From assembly GCF_017348835.2 (NCBI RefSeq), contig NZ_CP071375.1: a stretch of DNA of 64,000 nucleotides. The stretch is one strand, 5' to 3'. The stretch is from Escherichia coli. GTDB lineage: Bacteria; Pseudomonadota; Gammaproteobacteria; Enterobacterales; Enterobacteriaceae. How positions within the stretch are numbered: the first letter of the stretch is position 1; every line of letters starts with the position of its first letter. Positions 23,801 to 39,593 of this stretch are shown here, in pieces. The notes below the pieces were generated by a model that saw only the letters and a program-made list of their open reading frames with translations, had not been told where the DNA came from and did no database searches. A program made the translations under genes and the position numbers.

Positions 23801-26431
23801 TTATTGCAATTTCGCGCTGACCCAGCCTTTCACACTGGCTAACGCTGCAGGTAAGGCCGCAGCATCCGTACCACCGGCTTGCGCCATGTCAGGACGTCCA
23901 CCACCCTTGCCGCCCACCTGCTGAGCGACCATACCAATCAGCTCCCCTGCTTTCACACGATCTGTGACGTCCTTAGATACGCCTGCAATCAGAGAAACCT
24001 TACCTTCGGCTACCGTTGCCAGCACGATAATTGTCGACCCCAGCTGATTTTTTAAATCGTCAACCATGGTACGCAACATTTTCGGCTCAACACCGCTAAG
24101 CTCGCTAACCAACAGCTTAACACCATTAACATCAATTGCCTTACTGGAAAGATTTGCGCTCTCCTGTGCGGCAGCTTGTTCTTTAAGCTGTTGTAGTTCT
24201 TTTTCTAACTGACGCGTACGTTCCAGTACTGAGCGCACTTTATCAGCCAGATTATTGCTATCGCCTTTCAGCAGATGCGCGACTTCGCTTAAGCGATCGC
24301 TGTCTGCATGAACGGTGGCGATAGCACCTTCTCCGGTTACCGCTTCGATACGACGAACGCCTGCAGCAGTACCCGATTCAGAGATGATGCGGAACAGACC
24401 AATATCACCAGTGCGGCTGGCGTGAGTACCGCCACACAGCTCGGTGGAGAAATCGCCCATGCTCAGCACGCGTACGCGCTCATCATACTTCTCGCCGAAC
24501 AGCGCCATCGCACCTTTCGCTTTCGCCGCTTCGAGATCCATGATGTTGGTTTCGATCGGCAAATTGCGACGAATCTGTGCGTTCACCAGGTCTTCGACCG
24601 CACGAATCTCTTCTGGTTTCATCGCTTCGTTGTGTGAGAAGTCGAAGCGCAGCACCTTGTCGTTAACCAGTGAACCTTTCTGCGATACATGAGTACCCAG
24701 AACCTGGCGCAGCGCAGCGTGCATCAGGTGCGTTGCGGAGTGATTCAGACGAATACGGGCGCGACGAGCCTCATCAACATCAGCCTGCACAGCGTCGCCC
24801 ACTTTCAGAGAACCCGCAGCAAGTTTACCGATGTGACCAATCGCCTGGCCGTATTTCTGCGTATCTTCCACCACGAAGGAGAAGTTAGCGCCTTTCAGTT
24901 CGCCTTTATCACCAACCTGACCGCCGGATTCCGCATAGAATGGCGTTTGATCCAGCACGACCACAGCTTCCTGGCCTGCATTGATGGCATCAACCGCTTT
25001 ACCATCAACAAACAGCGCAGTCACTTTGCCGTTCAGTTCCAGATGGTCATAGCCTTTAAATTCAGATGCACTGTCAACACGGATCATTGCGTTGTAATCG
25101 GCACCAAAGCCGCTGGCTTCGCGCGCGCGACGACGCTGCTCTTCCATTGCAGCTTCAAAACCAGCTTCGTCAACTTTGATGTTGCGCTCACGACAAACAT
25201 CAGCCGTCAGGTCAACCGGGAAGCCATAGGTGTCGTACAGACGGAAAGCAGTTTCACCATCCAGCGTATCACCAGAAAGTTTTGCCAGCTCTTCATCCAG
25301 CAACGCCAGACCGCGCTCCAGAGTACGAGCAAACTGCTCTTCTTCAGTCTTCAGCACCTGCTCAACCTGCGCCTGCTGGCGTTTCAGGTCTTCACCCGCA
25401 GAGCCCATAACGTCGATCAGCGGACCAACCAGTTTGTAGAAGAAGGTTTCTTTCGCGCCGAGCATATTACCGTGACGCACTGCGCGACGAATGATACGAC
25501 GCAGTACATAACCACGGTTTTCATTGGACGGCATTACGCCATCCGCGATCAGGAACGCACAAGAACGAATGTGGTCAGCGATTACGCGCAGCGATTTATT
25601 GCTCAGATCGGTTGCGCCAGTGACTTTCGCTACCGCCTGGATCAACGTGCGGAACAGGTCGATGTCATAGTTAGAGTTAACGTGTTGCAGCACCGCAGCA
25701 ATACGCTCCAGACCCATACCGGTATCTACAGACGGTTTCGGCAGCGGTTCCATCGTGCCATCGGCCTGGCGGTTGAACTGCATGAAGACGATGTTCCAGA
25801 TCTCAATGTAGCGGTCGCCGTCTTCTTCCGGACTTCCCGGAGGGCCACCCCAAATGTGGTCGCCGTGATCGTAGAAGATTTCGGTGCACGGGCCGCACGG
25901 ACCAGTGTCACCCATCTGCCAGAAGTTGTCAGATGCGTATGGCGCACCTTTGTTATCGCCGATGCGAATAATACGTTCGCGCGGGATCCCTACTTCTTTT
26001 TCCCAGATTTCGTAGGCTTCGTCGTCGCTTTCATAGACGGTAACCCACAGACGCTCTTTCGGCAGGGCAAACCATTTTTCGCTGGTCAGCAGTTCCCATG
26101 CAAACTGAATGGCATCGTGTTTGAAATAGTCGCCGAAGCTGAAGTTGCCCAGCATTTCGAAGAAGGTATGGTGACGCGCGGTGTAACCGACGTTTTCCAG
26201 GTCGTTGTGTTTACCACCCGCACGCACGCAGCGTTGGGAAGTGGTAGCGCGGGAATAATTACGCTTGTCGAGCCCAAGGAACACATCCTTGAACTGGTTC
26301 ATCCCGGCGTTGGTAAACAACAAAGTTGGGTCGTTATGGGGTACCAGGGAGCTGCTGGCAACTACCTGATGTCCCTTACTATGGAAAAAGTCGAGAAACG
26401 CCTGACGGATCTCAGCGGTGCTCTTGCTCAT
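23801..26431 (-). CDS. alaS: Alanyl-tRNA synthetase
   Basis: 876-aa ORF recognised as AlaS. Confidence 0.95.
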   Translation of the reverse strand: MSKSTAEIRQAFLDFFHSKGHQVVASSSLVPHNDPTLLFTNAGMNQFKDVFLGLDKRNYSRATTSQRCVRAGGKHNDLENVGYTARHHTFFEMLGNFSFGDYFKHDAIQFAWELLTSEKWFALPKERLWVTVYESDDEAYEIWEKEVGIPRERIIRIGDNKGAPYASDNFWQMGDTGPCGPCTEIFYDHGDHIWGGPPGSPEEDGDRYIEIWNIVFMQFNRQADGTMEPLPKPSVDTGMGLERIAAVLQHVNSNYDIDLFRTLIQAVAKVTGATDLSNKSLRVIADHIRSCAFLIADGVMPSNENRGYVLRRIIRRAVRHGNMLGAKETFFYKLVGPLIDVMGSAGEDLKRQQAQVEQVLKTEEEQFARTLERGLALLDEELAKLSGDTLDGETAFRLYDTYGFPVDLTADVCRERNIKVDEAGFEAAMEEQRRRAREASGFGADYNAMIRVDSASEFKGYDHLELNGKVTALFVDGKAVDAINAGQEAVVVLDQTPFYAESGGQVGDKGELKGANFSFVVEDTQKYGQAIGHIGKLAAGSLKVGDAVQADVDEARRARIRLNHSATHLMHAALRQVLGTHVSQKGSLVNDKVLRFDFSHNEAMKPEEIRAVEDLVNAQIRRNLPIETNIMDLEAAKAKGAMALFGEKYDERVRVLSMGDFSTELCGGTHASRTGDIGLFRIISESGTAAGVRRIEAVTGEGAIATVHADSDRLSEVAHLLKGDSNNLADKVRSVLERTRQLEKELQQLKEQAAAQESANLSSKAIDVNGVKLLVSELSGVEPKMLRTMVDDLKNQLGSTIIVLATVAEGKVSLIAGVSKDVTDRVKAGELIGMVAQQVGGKGGGRPDMAQAGGTDAAALPAALASVKGWVSAKLQ

Positions 26432-26558
26432 AATTATCCTGAAATCAAGCTAACGAAATATCGCCACCAGCTCCAGCGTGTCTTAACCGCCGGGCTGGTA
26501 ACTGAAAAGTGGGAATAAGATAAGTTTTCTTGACTGGGAAGTAAAATACCGTATGCGT

Positions 26559-27059
26559 TCAGTCGGCAAAATTTCGCCAAATATCCTGGATATCTTCCAT
26601 CAGATAGCCACGATAGAGCAGAAAACGCTGGATCTTAACTTTTTCTGAAAAGACAGTTGGCAAAGGTTCACCATATTTTCGCGTCGCCTGATCGCGCGCC
26701 AGTGCGCACCAGTCGATGTCACATTCACGCATCGCTTTTTCTGTCGCTTCGCGGGAAATACCTTTCTGATTCAGTTCCTGGCGAATACGCGCAGGTCCAT
26801 AACCTTTGCGGCTACGGCTGGCGATAAAGCGCGCAACAAATCGGCTGTCATCGAGATAGCCATGTTCATGGCACCAGGCAATAACGCGCTCGTAATCTTC
26901 TGCCGTAGCATCAATCTCTTCTGGGCCATTTTTGCCCATAATCGGTGCCGCGAGTTTACGTCGCAGTTCTTGCTCACTGTGATCGCGCACCGCCAGAATG
27001 CGTACCGCACGATCCAACAGGCGAGCATATGCCGGGCGACGGGACGTTGATTCTGTCAT
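26559..27059 (-). CDS. recX: RecA regulator RecX
   Basis: 166-aa ORF immediately downstream of recA. Confidence 0.95.
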   Translation of the reverse strand: MTESTSRRPAYARLLDRAVRILAVRDHSEQELRRKLAAPIMGKNGPEEIDATAEDYERVIAWCHEHGYLDDSRFVARFIASRSRKGYGPARIRQELNQKGISREATEKAMRECDIDWCALARDQATRKYGEPLPTVFSEKVKIQRFLLYRGYLMEDIQDIWRNFAD

Positions 27060-27127
27060 GGCATATCCTTACAACTTAAAAAAGCAAAAGGGCCGCAGAT
27101 GCGACCCTTGTGTATCAAACAAGACGA

Positions 27128-28268
<1,141 letters not shown>

Positions 28269-28766
28269 TCAAGTGTTTTGTAGAAATTGTTGCCACAAGG
28301 TCTGCAATGCATACGCAGTAGCCTGACGACGCACCGCATCACGGTCGCCGCTGAAGCATTCCCGCCGGGTAATGCCTTCACCGCGGGCAGTGGCAAAAGC
28401 AAACCAGACGGTGCCGACAGGCTTCTCTTCACTGCCGCCATCCGGCCCGGCGATACCACTAATAGACACGGCGTAATCAGCACGAGCCGCTTTCAGTGCG
28501 CCTATCGCCATTTCCACCACGACGGGTTCGCTCACCGCGCCATGCTGCGCCAGCGTCTCTTCGCGTACGCCGATCATTTGCGCTTTGGCTTCGTTACTGT
28601 AGGTGACAAATCCGCGTTCAAACCAGGCGGAACTGCCGGCAATATCGGTAATCACTTTCGCTACCCAACCGCCGGTACAAGACTCAGCAGTTGTTACGGT
28701 TGCGCCACGGGCTTTCAGCGCCTGCCCAACCTGTTCGCTTAACTGCATCAGTTCACTGTCAGTCAT
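28269..28766 (-). CDS. pncC: NMN amidohydrolase PncC (YgaD)
   Basis: ORF 28269..28769; CinA-type domain; start trimmed to MTDSELMQLSE (165 aa). Confidence 0.9.
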   Translation of the reverse strand: MTDSELMQLSEQVGQALKARGATVTTAESCTGGWVAKVITDIAGSSAWFERGFVTYSNEAKAQMIGVREETLAQHGAVSEPVVVEMAIGALKAARADYAVSISGIAGPDGGSEEKPVGTVWFAFATARGEGITRRECFSGDRDAVRRQATAYALQTLWQQFLQNT

Positions 28767-28910
28767 CACAACCTCTGTCAGTCAAAAATTTATGCCGGAC
28801 AAGATAGCACTTTCGTCAGGAAGATGGTGTTGGCGTTGCAATTTTACGAGGAGGATTCAGAAAAAAGCTGATTAGCCAGAGGGAAGCTCACGCCCCCCTC
28901 TTGCAAATAG

Positions 28911-29996
28911 TTACTGCACGCGCGCCAGCGCCACGGCTTGTCCTAACTGCCAGACCGCCATTGCGTAATGGGTGCTGTGGTTATAACGGGTAATGGTGTA
29001 GAAGTTCGGCAGACCGTACCAGTACTGGTAACCGGTACCGACATCCAGACGCAGCAGGCTGGCTTGTTGATGGTTGCCCAGCGGCTGCTGTGGCGTTAAA
29101 CCTGCCGCGGCAAGCTGCGAAATGCTGTACCTGGTTTTGAAGCCATTTGGCAAGCCTGGAGCCTGACCGTTTGCCATTACCGCGACCTGATCGCCTTTCA
29201 CCCAACCGTGCGCTTTGAAATAGTTCGCCACGCTACCGATCGCATCAACCGGATCCCACAGGTTGATATGCCCGTCGCCGCTGAAATCTACCGCATATTG
29301 TTTGTAAGACGACGGCATAAACTGTCCGTAGCCCATCGCCCCGGCAAAGGAACCTTTCAGATTGAGCGGATCGTCCTGCTCGTCGCGCGCCATCAACAGG
29401 AAGGTTTCCAGCTCGCCAGAGAAATACTCCGCGCGGCGTGGGTAGTTAAATGACAGCGTTGCCAGCGCATCGAGGATGCGAGTTTTCCCCATCACGCGCC
29501 CCCAGCGGGTTTCAACGCCGATAATCCCGACGATAATTTCCGGCGGTACGCCATACACCTGCCACGCGCGATTCAACGCATCTTCATACTGATTCCAGAA
29601 AACCACACCGTTCTGCACGTTGTCCGGCGTAATAAATTTTTTGCGATAACGCAGCCATGCGCCGTTCGGACCTGATGGCGGTTTCACCGATGTGGTTGGT
29701 GCCTGGTTATCCATCAGCCGCAGTACCGAATCCAGACGCTTCGCCTGGGAGAGAATTTCCTGCAACTGCTGACGATCGAAACCGTGTTTGTTCACCATTC
29801 TGTCGATGAACTGCTGGGCATTCGGGTTATTAGCGAAATCGCCGCCCATCTGCATCACATTGTGCTGCGGCTCAAGCAGGAAGCCGCCAGACGGCGTTCC
29901 GGTGGTCGTTTCAGTCTCAGTAGGTTTTGGCTTGCTGCTACAGGCGGCAAGCAACACAAAAAGGGGAAGCAATGTTACATAACGACGCTTGAACAT
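28911..29996 (-). CDS. mltB: Membrane-bound lytic murein transglycosylase B
   Basis: ORF 28911..30101; start trimmed to MFKRRYVTLLPLFVLLAACSS (lipoprotein signal, 361 aa). Confidence 0.85.
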   Translation of the reverse strand: MFKRRYVTLLPLFVLLAACSSKPKPTETETTTGTPSGGFLLEPQHNVMQMGGDFANNPNAQQFIDRMVNKHGFDRQQLQEILSQAKRLDSVLRLMDNQAPTTSVKPPSGPNGAWLRYRKKFITPDNVQNGVVFWNQYEDALNRAWQVYGVPPEIIVGIIGVETRWGRVMGKTRILDALATLSFNYPRRAEYFSGELETFLLMARDEQDDPLNLKGSFAGAMGYGQFMPSSYKQYAVDFSGDGHINLWDPVDAIGSVANYFKAHGWVKGDQVAVMANGQAPGLPNGFKTRYSISQLAAAGLTPQQPLGNHQQASLLRLDVGTGYQYWYGLPNFYTITRYNHSTHYAMAVWQLGQAVALARVQ

Positions 29997-30233
29997 GAGG
30001 GGTCCATTTAACAGATTCAACCAGGGGCAAGTATGGTAAAGCATCCCGCCCCGCACAAGGAAGCGGTAGTCACTGCCCGATACGGACTTTACATAACTCA
30101 ACTCATTCTCCTCGCTATCCTTTTACTCAAACTTTCAAATTAAAATATTTATCTTTCATTTTGCGATCAAAATAACACTTTTAAATCTTTCAATCTGATT
30201 AGATTAGGTTGCCGTTTGGTAATAAAACAATAA

Positions 30234-31771
<1,538 letters not shown>

Positions 31772-31781
31772 AGGCTGAAAC

Positions 31782-32936
<1,155 letters not shown>

Positions 32937-32981
32937 TCAACAGCGGAGATCCGTTAAGGATCTCCGTGAGACTAATAGAAT

Positions 32982-33010
32982 GCCTGATGCGCTACGCTCA
33001 TCAGGCCTAC
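32982..33010. repeat. REP element between srlD and gutM
   Basis: gcctgatgcgctacgctcatcaggcctac palindromic unit; an upstream hairpin ggagatccgttaaggatctcc is also present. Confidence 0.5.
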
Positions 33011-33041
33011 AGGACTTCCGCCACTACATTAAGGAAAAGTT

Positions 33042-33401
33042 ATGGTATCCGCACTCATCACTGTCGCCGTTATCGCCTGGTGTGCGCAACTGGCCTTAGG
33101 CGGCTGGCAAATTTCTCGTTTTAACCGTGCCTTCGACACACTATGCCAGCAAGGGCGGGTTGGCGTGGGCCGTTCCAGCGGGCGCTTTAAACCGCGGGTC
33201 GTGGTCGCCATCGCGCTGGACGAGCAGCAGCGCATCGTCGACACCTTGTTTATGAAAGGACTGACCGTCTTCGCACGACCGCAAAAAATTCCCGCAATTA
33301 CGGGCATGCATTCTGCTGATTTACAGCCCGATGTGATCTTTCCCCATGATCCACTATCACAGAATGCTCTATCATTGGCGCTTAAACTGAAACGTGGATA
33401 A
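33042..33401 (+). CDS. gutM: Glucitol operon activator GutM
   Basis: 119-aa ORF. Confidence 0.9.
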   Translation: MVSALITVAVIAWCAQLALGGWQISRFNRAFDTLCQQGRVGVGRSSGRFKPRVVVAIALDEQQRIVDTLFMKGLTVFARPQKIPAITGMHSADLQPDVIFPHDPLSQNALSLALKLKRG

Positions 33402-33467
33402 TTTCGTTGTGAATGTTACTTGCTTGCGAAGTTATCATTTTGAAACCTAAATCAGGTAATCACGCCC

Positions 33468-34241
33468 ATGAAACCTCGTCAGCGTCAGGCCGCCATTCTG
33501 GAGTATCTGCAAAAGCAGGGTAAATGCTCGGTTGAAGAATTGGCGCAATACTTTGACACCACAGGCACAACCATTCGCAAAGATCTGGTCATTCTGGAAC
33601 ATGCAGGAACCGTCATTCGTACTTATGGCGGAGTGGTGTTGAATAAAGAGGAATCCGATCCGCCTATCGATCATAAAACACTCATCAACACCCACAAGAA
33701 AGAGCTGATTGCAGAAGCTGCCGTTAGTTTTATCCATGATGGCGATTCGATCATTCTTGATGCTGGCAGTACCGTTTTGCAGATGGTCCCCCTGCTCTCG
33801 CGCTTTAATAACATCACAGTGATGACCAACAGCCTGCATATCGTCAATGCGCTATCCGAACTGGATAACGAACAAACTATCCTGATGCCAGGCGGAACAT
33901 TTCGTAAAAAATCGGCCTCATTTCACGGGCAGCTGGCAGAGAATGCCTTCGAGCATTTCACCTTCGATAAATTGTTTATGGGCACCGACGGCATCGATCT
34001 CAATGCGGGCGTAACCACCTTCAACGAGGTTTATACCGTCAGTAAGGCAATGTGCAATGCCGCGCGCGAAGTGATTTTGATGGCGGACTCATCAAAGTTT
34101 GGCCGTAAAAGCCCCAATGTAGTTTGCAGTCTTGAAAGCGTCGATAAGCTAATTACCGACGCAGGTATCGATCCGGCGTTTCGTCAGGCGCTGGAAGAGA
34201 AAGGGATCGATGTGATCATAACCGGAGAGAGCAATGAGTGA
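33468..34241 (+). CDS. srlR: DeoR-family glucitol repressor SrlR
   Basis: 257-aa ORF with N-terminal DeoR-type HTH. Confidence 0.9.
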
Positions 34242-35199
34242 AGCACTACTGAACGCGGGACGTCAGACGTTAATGCTGGAGTTGCAGGAAGCAAGCCGCT
34301 TACCGGAACGTCTGGGCGATGATTTTGTTCGCGCCGCCAATATCATCCTGCACTGCGAAGGCAAAGTGGTGGTTTCGGGAATTGGCAAATCGGGCCACAT
34401 TGGTAAGAAAATCGCCGCAACGCTTGCCAGTACTGGCACACCGGCTTTTTTTGTCCATCCGGCAGAAGCACTGCACGGCGATCTGGGGATGATCGAAAGC
34501 CGCGATGTGATGCTGTTTATCTCTTACTCCGGTGGCGCGAAGGAACTGGATCTGATTATTCCGCGTCTGGAAGACAAATCTATCGCGCTGCTGGCAATGA
34601 CAGGAAAACCGACGTCACCGCTGGGCCTGGCAGCGAAAGCGGTACTGGATATTTCGGTAGAACGCGAAGCCTGTCCGATGCATCTTGCGCCGACCTCGAG
34701 CACCGTCAATACCCTGATGATGGGCGACGCGCTGGCGATGGCAGTCATGCAGGCGCGCGGTTTTAATGAAGAAGATTTTGCCCGTTCACATCCAGCTGGG
34801 GCACTGGGCGCTCGCTTGCTGAACAAAGTGCATCATCTGATGCGCCGTGATGACGCCATCCCGCAGGTGGCGGTAAATGCCAGTGTAATGGACGCGATGC
34901 TGGAACTCAGCCGCACCGGTCTGGGGCTGGTGGCGGTATGTGACGCTCAACAACAGGTACAAGGCGTCTTTACCGACGGCGATTTACGTCGCTGGCTGGT
35001 TGGCGGCGGCGCACTCACCACGCCAGTTAATGAAGCGATGACGACAGGCGGCACCACATTACAGGCGCAAAGTCGCGCCATCGACGCCAAAGAGATCCTG
35101 ATGAAGCGCAAAATCACTGCCGCACCGGTGGTGGATGAAAACGGCAAACTCACCGGAGCAATTAACCTGCAGGATTTCTATCAGGCCGGGATTATTTAA
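34234..35199 (+). CDS. gutQ: D-arabinose-5-phosphate isomerase GutQ (SIS + CBS domains)
   Basis: 321-aa ORF recognised as GutQ. Confidence 0.9.
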
Positions 35200-36710
35200 T
35201 CCTTCAATCCCAGACGTTTCGCCAACCGATGCAGGTTGGCGACGTCAGTTTCCAGCATTCGCGCGCAGGCAGCCCAGTTGTGATGATTTTGTGCCAGTGC
35301 CTGACGAATAGTTTCACGCTGGAACGCTTCTGTCGCTTCACGCAGGTTTTGCTTAACAACGGGCACCGCCGCCGCTTCTGGCGGCGGTAACGTCACCTCA
35401 GGAAAAGCAAAATGTTGCGCCTCAAGAATCACTTCATCGCCGTTGCGGGTGGCTCTCGCCAACACTACCGCCCGATGAATAGCATGTTCCAGTTCGCGCA
35501 CGTTCCCCGGAAAACGATAGTGTTGCAGTAAATTTCGCGCTCCGGCACTTAATACCACGCGGGAGAGCCCCAGCCGCAAACGACACTGCTCGCAGAAATA
35601 CCCCGCCAGCAGAATGACATCATCGCCCCGCTCACGCAGCGGCGGCACCGAAAGTGGAAACACGCTCAGGCGGTGGAACAAGTCAGCGCGAAATCGCCCT
35701 GCCAGCACCTCTTCGCGTAAATCGCGGTTAGTCGCCGCCAGCACGCGCACATCGACCCGCAAACTACGGTCATCGCCAACGCGCTGAATATCGCCATACT
35801 GCAACACCCTCAGCAGCTTGGCCTGCAATGCCAACGACAACTCGCCGATCTCATCGAGAAACAGCGTGCCGTTATCCGCCATTTCAAACTTCCCACTGCG
35901 GTTACTGATAGCGCCAGTAAACGCTCCTTTCACATGCCCGAACAACTCACTTTCCGCCACACTTTCCGGCAGTGCGGCACAGTTGAGATAGACCAGCGGA
36001 TTCACCGCCCTTGGCGAGGCTTCATGAATCGCTTTCGCCACCAGCTCCTTACCGGTTCCCGTCTCACCGCTGATTAAGACGTTGAGATCGGACGCCGCCA
36101 CAATCTCAATCTCTTTTTTCAATTGCGTCATGCCTGGCGATAAGCCAATCATCTGCGTCTGTTTCACCGCTTCAAATGGAGCGGCATCGCCCGGCAGCAT
36201 ATTCTGGCTTTCCAGTTGCTCAATCAGCAACGCATTGCTTAACGCTCCCGCCGCCAGCGCAGCAATCAGCCGTAACTCTTCATCGCTGAAAACATCGAAC
36301 TGATCGGGCTGCATCCCGTCGAGCGTCAATGCGCCAATCAGGTTTTGCCCGGCAAACAACGGCAGACCAACGCAGGCGTGAACCTTCAGACTCTCCTGCC
36401 CTGGAATCAAACCGTCATAGGGATCGGGCAATTCGCTGTCTGCGGGAAAGCGCACCACGTCCCCGGCGCGGGCAATCGCTTCCAGCCGTGGATGACCTTC
36501 CAGCGCAAAGCGTCTACCGAGTACATCCTTCGCCAGCCCGTCGATGGCAAGCGGAATAAACTGCCGCGAGTCGTAACGTAGCAACGCAGACGCATCGCAC
36601 TCCAGCACCTGACGCAGCGTGGTGATCAGGCGCTGAAAACGATCCTGATGACCAATCCCACGCTGCAATTCGATGGCGATATTCGCCAGCACATCAACGG
36701 AAAAACTCAT
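35196..36710 (-). CDS. norR: Sigma-54-dependent NO-responsive activator NorR
   Basis: ORF 35196..36785; GAF + AAA+ ([14 protein letters not shown]) + HTH; start trimmed to [15 protein letters not shown] (504 aa). Confidence 0.9.
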   Translation of the reverse strand: MSFSVDVLANIAIELQRGIGHQDRFQRLITTLRQVLECDASALLRYDSRQFIPLAIDGLAKDVLGRRFALEGHPRLEAIARAGDVVRFPADSELPDPYDGLIPGQESLKVHACVGLPLFAGQNLIGALTLDGMQPDQFDVFSDEELRLIAALAAGALSNALLIEQLESQNMLPGDAAPFEAVKQTQMIGLSPGMTQLKKEIEIVAASDLNVLISGETGTGKELVAKAIHEASPRAVNPLVYLNCAALPESVAESELFGHVKGAFTGAISNRSGKFEMADNGTLFLDEIGELSLALQAKLLRVLQYGDIQRVGDDRSLRVDVRVLAATNRDLREEVLAGRFRADLFHRLSVFPLSVPPLRERGDDVILLAGYFCEQCRLRLGLSRVVLSAGARNLLQHYRFPGNVRELEHAIHRAVVLARATRNGDEVILEAQHFAFPEVTLPPPEAAAVPVVKQNLREATEAFQRETIRQALAQNHHNWAACARMLETDVANLHRLAKRLGLKD

Positions 36711-36722
36711 CTTTGCCTCACT

Positions 36723-36778
36723 GTCAATTTGACTATAGATATTGTCATATCGACCATTTGATTGATAGTCATTTTGAC
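36723..36778. promoter_or_regulatory. Three NorR binding sites (GT-N7-AC) in the norR-norV intergenic region
   Basis: gtcaatttgac (36723-36733), gtcatatcgac (36744-36754), gtcattttgac (36768-36778). Confidence 0.7.
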
Positions 36779-36833
36779 TACTCATTAATGAGCATAATTT
36801 TATTTATAGAGTAAAAACAATCAGATAAAAAAC

Positions 36834-36849
36834 TGGCACGCAATCTGCA
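36834..36849 (+). promoter_or_regulatory. Sigma-54 (-24/-12) promoter of norVW
   Basis: tggcacgcaatctgca matches TGGCAC-N5-TTGCA, about 50 nt upstream of the norV start. Confidence 0.7.
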
Positions 36850-36896
36850 ATTAACAAGACATCTTTTTAGAACACGCTGAATAAATTGAGGTTGCT

Positions 36897-38336
36897 ATGT
36901 CTATTGTGGTGAAAAATAACATTCATTGGGTTGGTCAACGTGACTGGGAAGTGCGTGATTTTCACGGTACAGAATATAAAACGCTGCGCGGCAGCAGCTA
37001 CAACAGCTACCTCATCCGCGAAGAAAAAAACGCGCTGATCGACACCGTCGACCATAAATTCAGCCGCGAATTTGTGCAGAACCTGCGTAATGAAATCGAT
37101 CTGGCGGATATCGATTACATCGTGATTAACCATGCAGAAGAGGACCACGCCGGGGCGCTGACCGAACTGATGGCACAAATTCCCGATACGCCGATCTACT
37201 GTACAGCCAACGCTATCGACTCGATAAATGGTCATCACCATCATCCGGAGTGGAATTTTAATGTGGTGAAAACTGGCGACACGCTGGATATCGGCAACGG
37301 CAAACAGCTCATTTTTGTCGAAACACCAATGCTGCACTGGCCGGACAGCATGATGACTTACCTGACAGGCGACGCGGTGCTGTTCAGTAACGATGCTTTC
37401 GGTCAGCACTACTGCGACGAGCATCTGTTCAACGATGAAGTGGATCAGACGGAGCTTTTCGAGCAGTGCCAGCGTTACTACGCCAATATCCTGACGCCGT
37501 TCAGCCGCCTGGTAACGCCGAAAATTACCGAGATCCTGGGCTTTAACTTACCAGTCGATATGATAGCGACCTCCCACGGCGTGGTCTGGCGCGATAACCC
37601 GACGCAAATTGTCGAGCTGTACCTGAAGTGGGCCGCTGATTATCAGGAAGACAGAATCACCATTTTCTACGACACCATGTCGAATAACACCCGCATGATG
37701 GCTGACGCTATCGCCCAGGGGATTGCGGAAACCGACCCACGCGTGGCGGTGAAAATTTTCAACGTCGCCCGAAGCGATAAAAACGAAATCCTGACCAATG
37801 TCTTCCGCTCAAAAGGCGTGCTGGTCGGCACTTCGACGATGAATAACGTGATGATGCCGAAAATCGCCGGGCTGGTGGAGGAGATGACCGGATTACGCTT
37901 CCGTAACAAACGCGCCAGTGCTTTCGGCTCTCACGGCTGGAGCGGCGGTGCGGTGGATCGTCTTTCCACGCGCCTGCAGGATGCGGGTTTCGAAATGTCG
38001 CTTAGCCTGAAAGCGAAATGGCGACCAGACCAGGACGCTCTGGAGTTATGCCGTGAACACGGTCGCGAAATCGCCCGTCAGTGGGCGCTCGCGCCGCTGC
38101 CGCAGAGCACGGTGAATACGGTAGTTAAAGAAGAAACCTCTGCCACCACGACGGCTGACCTCGGCCCACGGATGCAGTGCAGCGTCTGCCAGTGGATTTA
38201 CGATCCGGCAAAAGGCGAGCCAATGCAGGACGTTGCGCCAGGAACGCCGTGGAGTGAAGTCCCGGATAACTTCCTGTGCCCGGAATGCTCCCTCGGCAAA
38301 GACGTCTTTGACGAACTGGCATCGGAGGCAAAATGA
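36897..38336 (+). CDS. norV: Flavorubredoxin (anaerobic NO reductase)
   Basis: 479-aa ORF with C-terminal rubredoxin CxxC...CxxC. Confidence 0.95.
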   Translation: MSIVVKNNIHWVGQRDWEVRDFHGTEYKTLRGSSYNSYLIREEKNALIDTVDHKFSREFVQNLRNEIDLADIDYIVINHAEEDHAGALTELMAQIPDTPIYCTANAIDSINGHHHHPEWNFNVVKTGDTLDIGNGKQLIFVETPMLHWPDSMMTYLTGDAVLFSNDAFGQHYCDEHLFNDEVDQTELFEQCQRYYANILTPFSRLVTPKITEILGFNLPVDMIATSHGVVWRDNPTQIVELYLKWAADYQEDRITIFYDTMSNNTRMMADAIAQGIAETDPRVAVKIFNVARSDKNEILTNVFRSKGVLVGTSTMNNVMMPKIAGLVEEMTGLRFRNKRASAFGSHGWSGGAVDRLSTRLQDAGFEMSLSLKAKWRPDQDALELCREHGREIARQWALAPLPQSTVNTVVKEETSATTTADLGPRMQCSVCQWIYDPAKGEPMQDVAPGTPWSEVPDNFLCPECSLGKDVFDELASEAK

Positions 38337-39466
38337 GCAACGGCATTGTGATCATTGGTTCGGGCTTCGCCGCCCGCCAACTGGTGAAAAATATTCGCAA
38401 ACAGGACGCCAGTATTCCATTAACCCTGATTGCCGCCGACAGCATGGATGAGTACAACAAACCTGACCTCAGCCATGTTATCAGTCAGGGGCAACGTGCC
38501 GACGACCTTACCCGCCAGACGGCGGGTGAATTTGCCGAGCAGTTTAATCTGCTCCTGTTTCCGCAAACCTGGGTGACGGATATCGATGCCGAAGCCCGTG
38601 TGGTGAAAAGCCAGAATAATCAGTGGCGATACGACAAGCTAGTGCTGGCAACCGGTGCCAGCGCCTTTGTCCCGCCAGTGCCTGGGCGTGAGTTAATGCT
38701 GACGTTAAATAGTCAGCAAGAGTATCGCGCCTGTGAAACGCAACTGCGGGATGCCCGACGCGTGTTGATTGTTGGCGGTGGCTTGATTGGTAGCGAACTG
38801 GCGATGGATTTTTGTCATGCAGGCAAAGCGGTCACGCTAATCGACAACGCTGCCAGTATTCTGGCGTCGTTAATGCCACCAGAAGTAAGCAGCCGCTTGC
38901 AGCATCGGTTGACGGAGATGGGCGTTCATCTGCTGTTGAAATCTCAGTTGCAGGGGCTGGAAAAAACGGATTCTGGCATTCTGGCAACGCTGGACCGCCA
39001 GCGTAGCATCGAAGTGGATGCGGTAATTGCCGCCACCGGACTGCGCCCGGAAACCGCCCTGGCACGACGCGCCGGGCTGACGATTAATCGCGGCGTTTGC
39101 GTCGATAGTTATCTGCAAACCAGTAATGCCGATATTTACGCGCTGGGCGATTGCGCGGAAATTAACGGTCAGGTACTGCCGTTCCTGCAGCCGATTCAAC
39201 TTAGCGCGATGGTGCTGGCAAAAAATCTTCTCGGCAATAACACGCCGCTAAAACTACCGGCGATGCTGGTGAAAATCAAAACGCCGGAATTACCGCTGCA
39301 TCTGGCAGGCGAAACCCAGCGTCAGGATTTACGCTGGCAGATTAATACCGAAAGCCAGGGAATGGTGGCGCGCGGTGTTGACGATGCAGACCAGCTTCGC
39401 GCCTTTGTGGTCAGTGAGGATCGGATGAAAGAGGCATTTGGATTGTTGAAAACATTGCCGATGTAG
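38333..39466 (+). CDS. norW: NADH:flavorubredoxin reductase
   Basis: 377-aa ORF with FAD/NAD-binding GxGxxG motifs, overlapping the norV stop. Confidence 0.95.
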   Translation: MSNGIVIIGSGFAARQLVKNIRKQDASIPLTLIAADSMDEYNKPDLSHVISQGQRADDLTRQTAGEFAEQFNLLLFPQTWVTDIDAEARVVKSQNNQWRYDKLVLATGASAFVPPVPGRELMLTLNSQQEYRACETQLRDARRVLIVGGGLIGSELAMDFCHAGKAVTLIDNAASILASLMPPEVSSRLQHRLTEMGVHLLLKSQLQGLEKTDSGILATLDRQRSIEVDAVIAATGLRPETALARRAGLTINRGVCVDSYLQTSNADIYALGDCAEINGQVLPFLQPIQLSAMVLAKNLLGNNTPLKLPAMLVKIKTPELPLHLAGETQRQDLRWQINTESQGMVARGVDDADQLRAFVVSEDRMKEAFGLLKTLPM

Positions 39467-39487
39467 GTGGGCTACTGTGCCTAAAAT

Positions 39488-39571
39488 GTCGGATGCGACG
39501 CTGGCGCGTCTTATCCGACCTACGGGGACGCATGTGTAGGCCGGATAAGGCATTTACGCCGCATCCGGCAA
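39488..39571. repeat. REP/BIME element between norW and hypF
   Basis: gtcggatgcgacgctggcgcgtcttatccgacctac and gtaggccggataaggcatttacgccgcatccggca. Confidence 0.75.
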
Positions 39572-39593
39572 GGGTGTCCAAATGCAACACGCT

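Noticed and set aside
24689-26518. 609-aa plus-strand ORF
   Set aside because: It lies entirely antisense to alaS; long stop-free antisense frames are common opposite highly expressed genes, and the translation has no recognisable domain.
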